DNA of 64,000 bases, taken from IMG/VR virus record IMGVR_UViG_3300040786_000061; one strand, written 5' to 3'. Positions 1 to 11,542 of the stretch are shown one piece after another. The notes beneath the pieces were generated by a model. That model saw only the letters and a list, made by a program, of their open reading frames with translations, had not been told where the DNA came from and did not search any database. Origin of the DNA: a virus. A program made the translations under genes and the position numbers. Position 1 is the stretch's first letter. Every line of letters begins with the position of its first letter.

Positions 1-250
1 CTTCCGCAAGTGGTAGATATAAACCTCTTGTATATCAATACCATACTATCAGTAACTGATTTAAATACATCATGTGTAAGTGGACGTGTAGACTTAATAT
101 CTTCTAATTGAGTGCTATTCTTTGCACTGATGCTTTATAATAATTGGTATTTTTACCTTACCTTTTCTTTCGGACAATACAAGTATATACGAACCCATCT
201 GATCTTGACTATATGATAATCCTAAAATTTTTACTTCTTTTCTTTTCATT

Positions 251-590
251 TTATTTTTTTAATAGTTTATTTATTTTAAAATGTCTTCGATAATTTTCGT
301 TAAATGCGTTGTTTTTAATTATTAAAATAAATAATTCAGCATTATTAGTAATTTTATATTCATCTATTTTATTTTTTATTAATTTTAACAAAAGTAATTA
401 TTTTTACCTTCACAAAATCTGTATATTATATAGAAATTAATATAGCGATAAATGAATATAAACTTTCGGTATGTAGTCCGTCTCGATTCGATTGTACATT
501 TGATTGTATCTCTTTACTAGTTTCTTTTGGTATATCATAAAATGAGTGATTCCAACCAATTTATATAATTGATTTGAATTTAGTACCATA
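251..590 (-). CDS. hypothetical protein with C-terminal RxxKIxxLL tail
   Basis: Hand translation of the minus strand ends ...ENYRRHFKINKLLKK*; frameshifted, start approximate. Confidence 0.45.
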
Positions 591-646
591 ATTTAAATTT
601 CTACTTCTTTTTTGATATATAAAATAATTCCTCCTGTGTAGATGTC

Positions 647-1278
647 TTATTTTAAAAGCAGATCGGCAGCATTTGATGCGGCGAAACTCATTGGCTTACC
701 CCAAACTCTAAATCCAAGACCTCTTAACCAAGGAACATAACTTCTATATGCAATATAAGACTTATTTCTGTTAGAACTACCTGGAAATAGTTAAAATCTA
801 TGTGCAAATCAACTAATTTGAAATCCATTTTATCATCACCGGTAAGTATTAAATTCTTCATAACATCATCTTCTAAATGCCTCTCAACATGTTCATATTC
901 ACCTATAGATTTAAGTAAGTGATATTTATATCTCTTTCTTTCTAAATCAGTTAAATCTATTCTTTTATAAAATTTTGATAATTCATCATTAACATAAACA
1001 CCAACATCATGTAGTATTGTGCTTCTTTATAAAGTCTGGATTGTGTATCTCTAATTTTAGCACAAGACTCTCTAAAGAAAACAACATGAGCACCTTTTTT
1101 AATATCAGTATTATATAACATTATAGTTATTGCATGGGTTGTTTTCTACGCATTTGTACAGAGTCACAACCAATTGTAATAGTTGCTGTTGGATCTTTTT
1201 CTAAAAGTTTTTTAAGTACTCTATTATATCTGGTATCATTTCTCCACCAAATTTTTTAAACATGTTTTTATAAATCAT
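647..1278 (-). CDS. YkuK/DUF458-family RNase H-like protein (frameshifted)
   Basis: Stitched translation has ITIGCDS, 'SRLYKEA', 'DLHIDFN' and C-terminal 'KPMSFAASNAADLLLK', matching the YkuK motif order (GxDS...HxD...KP...AAS.xAD). Confidence 0.7.
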
Positions 1279-1529
1279 TCTATTATTCTTTTATTTATTC
1301 TTAATATCGATTTTTGTACTATATCTGGTGGGAAAACTATAAATTCATCATCGCAAGTTAAATCAAATCCTGCATTTCCGTTATAAAACTTTTTGATATG
1401 TTTATAACATTATGATAAACTTCTTCGGAGACTATTGTTTTCTACCCTCAAACACACCAAGTTCATTAATAATCACCATTTGAATTTCTATCTCCATCAA
1501 TTATATATAATAATATAAGTTTGTTTAGT

Positions 1530-1837
1530 TTAATTTAATAATTGTTTAATTTTTAAATCTCTCTCATCTACAACCGAAGGTAATCAATATAAATAATAGA
1601 ATCTCTATAAAAATATCCAATTTTTATTGTTGGTTTCTTTTTATCTGAATCATACACAAAGTTAAACTTTTTTGTAATATAATTATTAACGACTTGCAAT
1701 CTCAAAATGGTGTCAATTGAATACTCAGATAAATCAATTTCATAATACTCAGATAACCTCTATTTTGTATGGTTTTATCATATGACTTTATAAATTCACC
1801 ATCATTTATACTAATATTCATTCTTAATTCAATCATG
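1530..1837 (-). CDS. hypothetical protein with C-terminal RDxKI tail
   Basis: Starts MIELRMNIS, ends VDERDLKIKQLLN*. Confidence 0.55.
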
Positions 1838-1848
1838 TATCTATATTT

Positions 1849-1875
1849 AAAAGGGTATCTATTAGATACCCTTTT
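1849..1875. terminator. intrinsic terminator
   Basis: AAAAGGGTATCT-ATT-AGATACCCTTTT perfect hairpin just downstream of the MoxR gene. Confidence 0.8.
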
Positions 1876-1888
1876 GATTACTAAACTA

Positions 1889-3017
1889 CTATTTAGCAGT
1901 TGGTTTGTTTATCTTCTTGATAGTTTTCAATAGGTCAGAAAATTCAAGTAAAAACTTTTCAATTTTGGGTTACCCACATCTGCAATATTATCTAAGATGT
2001 AAAGTAAGTATCCAGTCTTTTCATCATCACCTACTGTCTTTACGAATTTAACTGCATTTGCAATTTGCTTGTCAGTAAGAGTTGTGATATCAATCTCTTT
2101 CAAACTTTGAAGCAACTCAGAGTTTTTATCACGATTGTACTTCTCAAGGTCTTTCTTAACACCATCATAGTTATTAAGAACATCATTGATGTTGATATTT
2201 AACATATCATCACAGTATTGAACAAACTTCATCCCTGAGTTTCCAATATAACCTGATACAACTTCTCTCAATAAGGCAAGAACTCACGAGGTGATGCGTT
2301 TTCACCGTAGTTACAGATGATAAACTCTGATAACATAGTCCAAGAACGTGGTGTTGCATATCCCTTACAATCATCTGACTTCTTATACATTTGCTCAGGG
2401 TGTGTCTTAATATAAGAAGTAATCATTGGGTGACAATTTTCTTCTGCATAATCTCCTAACCACTCTTGAACATCTAATGTGTGATTGATATGTATCAAAC
2501 GGTTGTTCAATGCGCTATCAAATTCTTCAACATCTGTTCCATCTTCATCACCTAAGTTACCAGAAGACATCATAAGTACATTATCATTAAACTTAAATGC
2601 AGTTCCAATTTCTCTCTAACAAGATTTGAAGTGCCGCATTACGAACTTGTTGACTTGCTCTATTCAACTCTTCAAAGTGAATAATAGTTGGTCGTTTATT
2701 TGCTTCAACTGCCCAACGAGGCACAACGAAATCCAAACATTTAACCATTTCACCATCCATATCAATTTCTGACAAACTTGGGTATAAACCAACATCAGTT
2801 TCATCTACCATCGACAAACGAATATCTGAATATGCAAATCCATTTTATCTGCGATAGAACGACCAATTGCAGACTTAGCAACACCTGGCTTAGAAGTGAT
2901 ATTAAGAACACCGTATTTAGCCCACATAACGGAAAAATACTTTCTTTCTTTTGCAGTTAGTTTAACTAAATTCTCTAACATTTCGCTCGGTAACTGTTTT
3001 GACTTTTTCTCTGACAT
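1889..3017 (-). CDS. MoxR/AAA_5-type AAA+ ATPase (one gene split into 4 ORF fragments by indels)
   Basis: Walker A SKPGVAKS, Walker B IIHFEELNRA, 'NAALQILLER', 'SSGN', 'SALNNRL', 'ATPRSW'. Confidence 0.88.
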
Positions 3018-3055
3018 ATTAATTTTATTTTTTTAGATTTTTTTTATTTCTTCTA

Positions 3056-3085
3056 CAAAGATACACTCTTTTATTTGATAATCAA
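3056..3085 (-). promoter_or_regulatory. Bacteroidota primary-sigma promoter (-33 TTG / -7 TAnnTTTG)
   Basis: Minus strand TTG-N19-TATCTTTG upstream of the MoxR start. Confidence 0.75.
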
Positions 3086-3309
3086 CTTTATTTACTTATT
3101 ATTTTTCTATTTTTTCTGATAACGATTTAAAACCTTATCATCATTAAATGATTCTAACAGTACTAATATATTCTTTAATCGACTAGAATCACCTGATTCT
3201 ATAATTTCATTAACTCTACCATCAATTAGTATACACTTATCATTGAGTGTAGTAGAAAGTGACCAATTCTAAGTCACTTTCTAACAAATCTACTTTATTC
3301 TCTCTCATA

Positions 3310-3926
3310 TTATCCTTTAACAATCTCAACATTTTAAGTGCAACAACTGGTCTTACTGACTCAATCATTTCTTGAACATCACCATACTTTTGAAGTTATC
3401 AATAGTACCTTTTGCAACAGAGTAACTTGTTACTGCTTTGATTATTTTCTCACGGTCTCTCTCTGCAATCTCAGCACACTCTTCAATCATACGTGAAAGA
3501 ACTTCACCATACTTCTCAATCATTTCGTTATCAAAGAGAAAGTAGTTTTTCTTCAACGATATCTTCACCATATGCTTCTTGTAACTCTTCTGCTCTTGAA
3601 GCAGTGATAGTAATATACTTATCAGTAGGAACGAACATTAATTGAGCAGTATCATCATTCTCTTTGATATACTCTAGCATCACAGAACCTGGATTCTTAC
3701 CATTTTTTCGTATAACTTTGCCCACTCAGTTTTACCAAGGTCACGCAATTCGTCAGAAATCATATCCGCTTTAGCCTTATCTCTTTCATTGCATCTTGTA
3801 AAGATTCTAGTTTTTCGATTCTATCGAAAAATGTAGCATCTTGAATAGAAATTCTTGTTTTCTCATCTTTCCTTTTGCTGTTTTGCTGGTGCTGATGTCT
3901 TTGCTTTTGCGAATAAATTTGCCATA
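3310..3926 (-). CDS. conserved phage hypothetical protein (frameshifted)
   Basis: MANLFAKAKTSAPA... joins ORFs 3531-3725 and 3365-3571 and ends ...PVVALKNVEIVKG*. Confidence 0.65.
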
Positions 3927-3965
3927 GTGATATATTTTTTGAGTTAGATTAGTTTGTTTCTTCTA

Positions 3966-4085
3966 CAAAGATAAGGATAATTATTTGTTTTACAATCTTT
4001 TATTTTTAATTTATTTTTAAGATTATAAGAGTAAATATGTCCCTCATTTGTTTTACAAAGATAAGGATAAATATTAGTTTTACAA
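3966..4085 (-). promoter_or_regulatory. two tandem, near-identical Bacteroidota-type promoters
   Basis: TTG-taaaac.aata.ttatcct-TATCTTTG at 3966-3995 and 4056-4085, both with a 19-nt spacer. Confidence 0.75.
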
Positions 4086-4734
4086 CCATATCAATACGTT
4101 TATTGCATTTTTTTATCATCCAACAAGTTTTTTTTCGATTCTTTGAAGTTACTTTTAGTTTCATCTGATAAGTTAAACCTATCTACTTTTGTGTAAATAA
4201 TTTTTCTTCCACCCCAAGTACTATAATCATAAGTCTTTTAGTTTTAAAGAAGTTCAAAGTACAACTATTAATTTTTAAGTAAGCAGTGAAATACTCAATA
4301 CTATTATCAACTTCATTTAGAAAGTATTCTCTTCTCTTTTAGTAAATTACCAAACTTACAATTGTCTAACCCAATCTCTTTGAACTTTCTTAGTATATCA
4401 TGTTTTTTACTATTTTCAATTGTCCATGATGGATTTTTGCTAAAACATCATCACTTTCTACATACTTTTTTATAAATAGAAATAAATGAAATCATATTAG
4501 TATATTCATCACTTTCATCTAAAAGTACTGTTAGTTGCATATCTCTTTCTTTCTGTTTCTGTATTCCGGTAACAAATTCTTTTAAGTCAACTACTTGATA
4601 ATTCATATACAAGTACTGGATTATTTGAATATCCACTGTTAAAATTGTTAAATTTTTAATTATTTTTTCTTCGGTATAGGCTTTACCATCATAGAGATAT
4701 ATCTTACTCATTACTATATTTTTAACAATATAAC

Positions 4735-4762
4735 AAAAATCCACTTTTAAGTGGATTTTTTT
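4735..4762. terminator. intrinsic terminator
   Basis: AAAAATCCACTT-TT-AAGTGGATTTTT hairpin after the CAP gene. Confidence 0.7.
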
Positions 4763-4763
4763 A

Positions 4764-5246
4764 TTAAAATATAAATATATTAGTGTAGTATTTTCGTCCT
4801 GTGCTATCTTCTCTTATTGATAGTCCTAAGTGTGTAAAATTACCTTCTATATTCTCTTTATGTTTTACATCTTTAACCAAGCATCTAAAGTTGATTGTGG
4901 TGTTTTGAAATTATATGCAACATTTTCACCAACACTTTTACAACCGGTAACTGCTATTATGTTCTCAGACCTTTCTACAAAGCCATTATGACTTGGAGCA
5001 CCTACTTTAATCATTTCAATGTTGTGTTCTTCACATTTATAAGATACGTGGTTTATAAGACCTAACTTGTTTAAATCAATACTAACTCTATAATCATTAA
5101 TTATTCTAATTAATTCTAATTCTTCCGAAGAATAATTATAATCCATCTTAGGTGGAATTATAACTATAACCTCTTTTTTCTACCTTTAATATATAAGTAT
5201 ATTCCTAATATACTTAATAAAACTACTATTACTACTATCATATCAT
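4764..5246 (-). CDS. CAP/SCP-domain protein with N-terminal membrane anchor
   Basis: 'INDYR', 'SHNGF', 'VGENVAYN', 'AWL.S..H..NI.G.FTHLGLS', 'YYTNIF'; hydrophobic N-terminus MIVVIVVLLSILGIYLY. Confidence 0.85.
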
Positions 5247-6106
5247 ATTATCTTTTTTCTAAATTGTAAATCATATTCTTGATTAAATGCATCTAAACCT
5301 CCTATATCAGATATAGTATTCTTTTTCCATTCCTCGTCTCGTCCATCAACTTCCCACCAGTAAGTTCTTATACTCTTGTATATATTCTTTTAGGATCGTT
5401 ATCTTTGCGTTCAGAATTTATTAAAAGTTCATAAAATTTATTTATTCCATTTGGTTGTGATTGTATTGATATTCTAGAATTCACCTTCTCGGTCATTTTA
5501 ATAAATTCTGAATCATATTTTAATAAATTTGAGGGATATATGAAAATCTAAATAGGATAATATATCAGTATTCTCTAAATCAACATTTTGGAATTTGATT
5601 TTGTATATAATGAAGAACCATTAGAAAACTCTATTTTATTCATATTGTGTAAACGTATGCCAGGTTTTAAAACCAAGGTAATATTAGATACACCTTATAT
5701 AACTTACTTAGAAATTCTTGACCAATATCGGATCTAAAACAAACTATTGATATTCTCTTATCTATATTAAAAATAAGATAGTGTAAATATACAAGTGACA
5801 TAACTTGTTGATATCCTACTTGACGAGATATACAAAAAATATTAAATCTATTGTCTATAAAACTTGATACCCATTCTTTTGATACGATCTTAATTCAATA
5901 TTACAATATTTTTTCAATGAAATAATAAATATCATTTGAACATTTAGAATATTCTGAAAGTTCTTGATGTGTTAACAAAACCATTAATTTAGAATCTAAG
6001 GTTCCTTCTAAACCTCTGTAAAATATCTTATCTGTTCGTTTTACTTTTTATTCCATTTTTATAATCAGTTACTATTTTTAGTATCTCTTTGTCGTAATTG
6101 TCTCAT
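5243..6106 (-). CDS. terminase large subunit-like, ATPase domain only, degenerate Walker A
   Basis: 'EYSKCSNDIYYFIEKY', 'YQKEW...NRFNIFCISRQVGYQQ', 'LPWFLKPG', 'IEFSNGS', 'QSQPNGINKFY', 'WWEVDGRDEEWK', 'FNQEYDLQF' follow the order of the T4 gp17 N-terminal domain; stops before any nuclease domain. Confidence 0.75.
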
Positions 6107-6175
6107 ATATGTATATAAATTTAATATATATATTAAATTATAATCTTTCCTTTTAAATTTGTCGTTTTTCGACAA

Positions 6176-6622
6176 CTAAGCAACAAGGTCTTTAAGAGAC
6201 TTTACATAATTTACTAGATTAACAATTGGTTTACAACCGTGACATTTTTTTATATATTTATATATTCCTAAGTTGGCATACTCTATTAAAATATCCACAT
6301 CATCTTGCTCTGAAATAACTATTACATTTAAACCTTTTTAATTTCTTTAATAGTTTTAAGTGTTTCTACCCATTAATACCAGGTAGATAGTGATCAAGTA
6401 TTATAACATCAGGATTCCAAGATAAACTATTCAAACATTCTTCTCCTGAGTAAACACATCTCACTGATAATTCATTACACTCCTTAAATACTTGATTCAA
6501 TAACAAAGAATATAATTTATTATCTTCAACAATTAGAATCTTATATTTTATACAGCAAGACTCACTAACTCTACTTTTAAAAGAGACTTTATTCTTAAAA
6601 TATAGGAAAATACACTATTCAT
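6176..6622 (-). CDS. stand-alone response-regulator receiver (CheY-like) protein
   Basis: 'KILIVEDN', 'SGEECL', 'PDVIILDHYLPGING', 'VVVISEQ', 'YIKK'. Confidence 0.85.
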
Positions 6623-6698
6623 TTTAATTTAGTTAGTTTTTGTATTATAATATATATATTTAACTTTTAAAATGACTTTTGTAAATTAAAGTGTTGTT

Positions 6699-7152
6699 TT
6701 ACAGCAGTATATCTAAAACTTTATCAACATTATCAAATCCAATAATTGGATCTACTTTTACGACATTACACTTAGGTATAGTTGTAATAATATCATTAAT
6801 TTGATCATCTATTACTACATAATTTGTAACATAGTCATTTTCGTCTAACCAACTTTTAATTTCTTCTCCTCTATTTAAACCAATTTCAGTTTTCCAATGA
6901 CTTCTGCAATTATACCTCTTTTTTTAAATATAGAGTTTAGTTCAATAATAGATAAATGAATCCTCCAAGAAGAGGTAACAACAATTTTGCATGAGTTAAT
7001 GAAGTGATGTAGTTTATATCATTAACTGAATTTTTCGAAAATAGTCTATCAGTTCTTTTAAATATAGGCGTGTTTAACTTTTCAGACCATTCTGAATCAC
7101 TTTTATGTGTTCTTAACACACCATCAATATCTAAGAAAATTATATCAGACAT
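6699..7152 (-). CDS. HAD-family phosphatase (HAD_SAK_2-like), copy 1
   Basis: FLDIDGVL, 'TSSWR', 'RGEEIKSWL', 'YVVIDD'. Confidence 0.8.
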
Positions 7153-7544
7153 TTTAATTTTTTTACAAAGATAATTTTTTTAATTTTAAATCCTATTATT
7201 TTCAATTATGTATCTATTAAAGTCAACTAATGGATCACATTTGTATTTTTATAAAGTAGATTACCTATTTCAAAAGTATTTATATGAGAATAAATGACTC
7301 CATATAAGTCTACATAAAGATAGTCGTTATCAATTTCTATATAATTAACTAACACAGATAATCTATCATCATTTATATCATTAAGTATATACTTTTAGTT
7401 TCGACTTCTACTAATTTAAGATATCTGGAAAATCCAAAATCACTTGGAGAGAAATTTATATTACTATTTATATCTAAGTAACTTATCCACTCCTTTTCAT
7501 ATTTAATACCATCAAAATAACTTACTATTATTTTGCATTATATT

Positions 7545-8530
7545 TATTTTATATAAAGTCTTGTATAGATACCATCTTCTCTATCTTCATCAACATCATA
7601 ATAATGTTCGATAATCCATTTTCACCTTAGCCCATATTAAATCTTCATAATCATCATCATCAGTATAACCTTCTTCTGATAATTCTGGTATCTTTTCATT
7701 GTGTTTTTTAAGTATTGACATATCAGCACACATCCATCGCCAAACACTTAGACTTATGCTGCCCAAGTGATTAAACCCATCATATTCATATTGACTATCA
7801 CTATTAGAAACTTCATCATATTTATAAGAATTTGTAAATAATACCTCAGTTCCGTCAGTTTTCTTCCAAACCTCTAAACTCATGTTACCCATCTGTCCAT
7901 ATGTCCATATTTGCTAAGTATTTACCAAGGTTTATTCTACCAAGTAAACTATTTATATCACCATTATATCCTGGTGTATCATAAATTTCTTTTCACGAAA
8001 GAAATTTGCTATAACTAAATCACCAGTAGGTAAGTTTATTTCAGTTACAATTCTATCTTTTATATTTTCTTTAACTAGCTCACATTCTGGAATATCTTTA
8101 ACATCAATATGGTCTTTAGAACTCTTATCAATTAAATCATAATATTTATTCATAGAAATAAAAGATACTTCATTATAAGATTTTAAAATCGGTATAAGTC
8201 GATCATTACATCCCCAACAATATCTTTCTGGTAAGGATAGTAACAATGATAAAGACTGACCTGGGTTAAACTTCATCTGCATTTCTTCTAAATATAATTC
8301 TTGAAGATTTTTAGACTTTGGTCTATCAATAGCACTTTTATATGTTCTAATACTTTAGTAAAATATTCCTTATGTTTTTTAAGTTGTGCGTTTTCATTAT
8401 ATTCAAATCATTATGACCCTCCATATTAACTTTTACTACCAGATAAAACACCATCACAAACTTCTTTTAATTGTAAGACCTTCACTTATGCCTTCTAAAA
8501 TAAATTCATTTCTTTTTTAATATGTTTCAT
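7545..8530 (-). CDS. hypothetical protein with MKHIKKRNEFILE leader
   Basis: ATG at 8530; joins ORFs 7953-8282 and 7596-7892 across indels. Confidence 0.55.
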
Positions 8531-8559
8531 TTCTATTCTTTATTTTTAAATATGATTCT

Positions 8560-8941
8560 TATATATGATTCTGAAAATTACCATTAGTATCATTTATGCG
8601 TTTAAATTGTACTTTCATTTCTTTATACTTAATCTTAACTTTTCAATACAATATTTTATTTCTTCGTAAAATTCAGCAATATCTTTTGCATTTTCTATAA
8701 ATTTATTTATATTATTATCAGATCTGATGCTAGGTTCAGTTATTGACATTTCAATTGAGTAATGTGGACTATCTATGAAATCTTCTACAAATACACCCTC
8801 TTCACCTTCTCCCATTCTATCATAAAATTCAATAAAGCAATCTTTGATATAATCTTTAATAATTTTATCATTATATTGTTTTTTTTTAAGTAGTTTCTCA
8901 TTTTCTTCAAAACCTTCGTTACACCTTTTTAAATGTTTCAT
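8560..8941 (-). CDS. leader-tagged family A protein (MKHLK..NE...YIKDCFIEF...FY.EI...IEK)
   Basis: Same motif blocks as the 59-63 kb array members. Confidence 0.7.
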
Positions 8942-9478
8942 TTATTTTTTAAATTATTTTTAAATATGATTCTTATAGCAATTCTATTTCTTTTTAACTC
9001 CTTCACAATAGTCTTTATATTCATATAAATCAATAAAAGAATCTTCTAATTGAATCATTGTATATTCTGGTTTATAAAATTTAGATTATATATATATAGA
9101 AATAAGTTAATTCTTATAGCAAAACCCATCGCTTTAGATGTTCCAAACAATTCAGGTGAACTTTGATAGTATTTTTCTACAAGTTCTTTTGCTTCTTTTC
9201 TAGCACTCATTATTTATGTTTTTAGTATTCATAATCTTCATCACTTTCATCTTCATCAAAATCATCATTATCTTCTATCTCACCAAAAAACGTCATATCG
9301 GTCAAATAAATCTATTAGTTTGTCAATATCTTTATCTTCTAAATCTATATCTGTAAGTTTAAGTATATCACCATTAAAGGAGTATTCTACTTTACCTTCA
9401 TCTTTATAAGATTCCAGTCTTTTTACAATAATCTATCGATACATTCATCAAGGTTGTAATATGTATATAATTCCATTT

Positions 9479-10201
9479 TATTCATTTTTTTTTAATATTT
9501 TATTTATTTCAGTTTCTGGTAACCTTGATAATTCCTGGTCTACTGAATACTTTGTAACTATCAAAACTTTTCACCTTCTGGTAAATACTTTATATCCATA
9601 AAATAACCATCACAACTAACTTTCATAATAGAGTTTGATATTTTAATAGGCACAACTTCTTCTGTTGAGTCAAGGTCATAGTTCTCTATTCTTTTACAAA
9701 GTTCAATTATTGTTCTTATAAAATTCTTGCCTAAAAGTTTTAAAAATTTACCTTTTCCATAACTTGATTCTTTCTAACTCCAAATACATCTTTATACTTA
9801 AACCCTATAGTAATGTGTAAATCTTTTTTAATTCAAATCTAGTTCTAATCGCATCTAACTTTCGCTATTACAAACAATAAAGTATGCTCTGTTCTCGTTT
9901 CTTGTTGCAGTTCCTATTCCATTAACTTCAAATCATCAATCTCATACTTAAATACTCTTGTGAGAGAGTTTGTAAATACATCCATACCCATATCATTAGA
10001 TAGTTTATTATACTCAGCAACATTAATTACCGTTATATGATAATCACCATTGTCTCTTCTTTGTTGATTCTCAGTAAATAAATTATAATCATCATATCTT
10101 CTTTCAATTCATTAAAAGTAGTTGTATAGAACCATTTGGAATATTTACTCCAGATAATTATTACCTAGTATATCTTTTATATAATTTATATAATATGTCA
10201 T
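9479..10201 (-). CDS. 2H phosphoesterase (Swiss-army-knife RNA-repair type), not in the ORF track
   Basis: Two HxT motifs from hand translation: 'QQRRDNGDYHITVIN' (~10030-10070) and 'DLHITIGFKYKDVFGVRK' (~9775-9825). Confidence 0.8.
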
Positions 10202-10206
10202 TAGTT

Positions 10207-10581
10207 TTAAATTTCTTTTATTAGTTTCTCTATATATTCTTTTTTATATCCAATTGGTAACTTTCCTTTTTTAAACGAAGAATGTCCACCTTCTGGAACT
10301 TCCCAATCTAAATTATCTTCCAATATAGGAACATAAAGTTCGAAATTAGATAGATTTTGATCGCCAAACCTTTTCGTTTCTAATGATATTGATTTACAAG
10401 TAACTACTTCATTTCTAAATTTATAATAAAAATCATGCACTGGCCCCAATTTCATATTCTCACATGCCTTTATAAGATCAATTGTAACTACTTTAGTCAT
10501 TTTATATTCACCATAAATTGGTGAATTAACATCAATAGTTTTATCAAAATCTCCTATATGTATATATTTATCTAATTTCAT
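10207..10581 (-). CDS. hypothetical protein
   Basis: Intact 124-aa ORF, co-oriented with its neighbours. Confidence 0.6.
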   Translation of the reverse strand: MKLDKYIHIGDFDKTIDVNSPIYGEYKMTKVVTIDLIKACENMKLGPVHDFYYKFRNEVVTCKSISLETKRFGDQNLSNFELYVPILEDNLDWEVPEGGHSSFKKGKLPIGYKKEYIEKLIKEI

Positions 10582-10619
10582 AAATCTATTTTATTTATAC
10601 GAAAATTATTTTTCTATTT

Positions 10620-11528
10620 TTTATAATAATCTATGTACACAGGAAACCCTTCATCGGTTGATTTAATTTCATCTTTAAAATCATTCTCTAAAATATTTAG
10701 AATATGTGTTATATTCAGTTGGCTCCATTCCATATTGCCCAAATCCTGATTTTGTAATTTAGAACCCGCAGAATCACCTTCAGTAGGAAATGACCAAACT
10801 TTCTCCCAATAACGACCTTCTATATATGAATTATCAATAATAAAATTATATAAAGAGTGTCAGCGATACCATATTTATCATTAATATACTTTTCGATATC
10901 TGAAAGATAATAAACTCCATTAGGTCTATCCATATCACCTACTATATTATACTTATGTGTGATAATCCATACCAACCAATGATCATAACTTGCATCCTTG
11001 GGCATCCAAACTCTTAATTTACCATCTTTATAGTGTGAACTTAACTTATCATGAATTATTTTAAGTGCAGGGTTAACTTAATCCAATCATTACTACCAAA
11101 TTTAACATTTTTTCTATATCACTTTCAAACTTATCATCTTCTTTGTTTATATGGTTCTCATCATATCCAATAACTTTTCATTGATGATGCTTTAAATGTT
11201 GCATTAGCAAATCATCTTTGAATCATGTAACTCAGGAATTAACAATACCGACTCACCAAATATAAATTTATTATATCTCGAATCTGATTCTCCTTTACCC
11301 CAACCGTCAGAATCTTTCATATTTGAAAAACGACATTTTTCTGAGAACAATGTTCAAAGAAAAAATCTTGCACTACTTCTTTTACCTTTTACCAATTCAT
11401 GTGGATTAAGACCTGCTTCTTCAAGAATATCATAGATATCCCCAGCTAATAGCAGGTTCAGTAGGGAACTTCTTAGTAGGTTTTAAACCTGCTTCTTCAA
11501 ATACTTTATACGATTTTATATGTTTCAT
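10620..11528 (-). CDS. hypothetical protein with MKHIKSYKVFEE leader
   Basis: ATG at 11528; fragments including ORF 10820-11005. Confidence 0.5.
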
Positions 11529-11542
11529 CTATTTTCTTTTTT

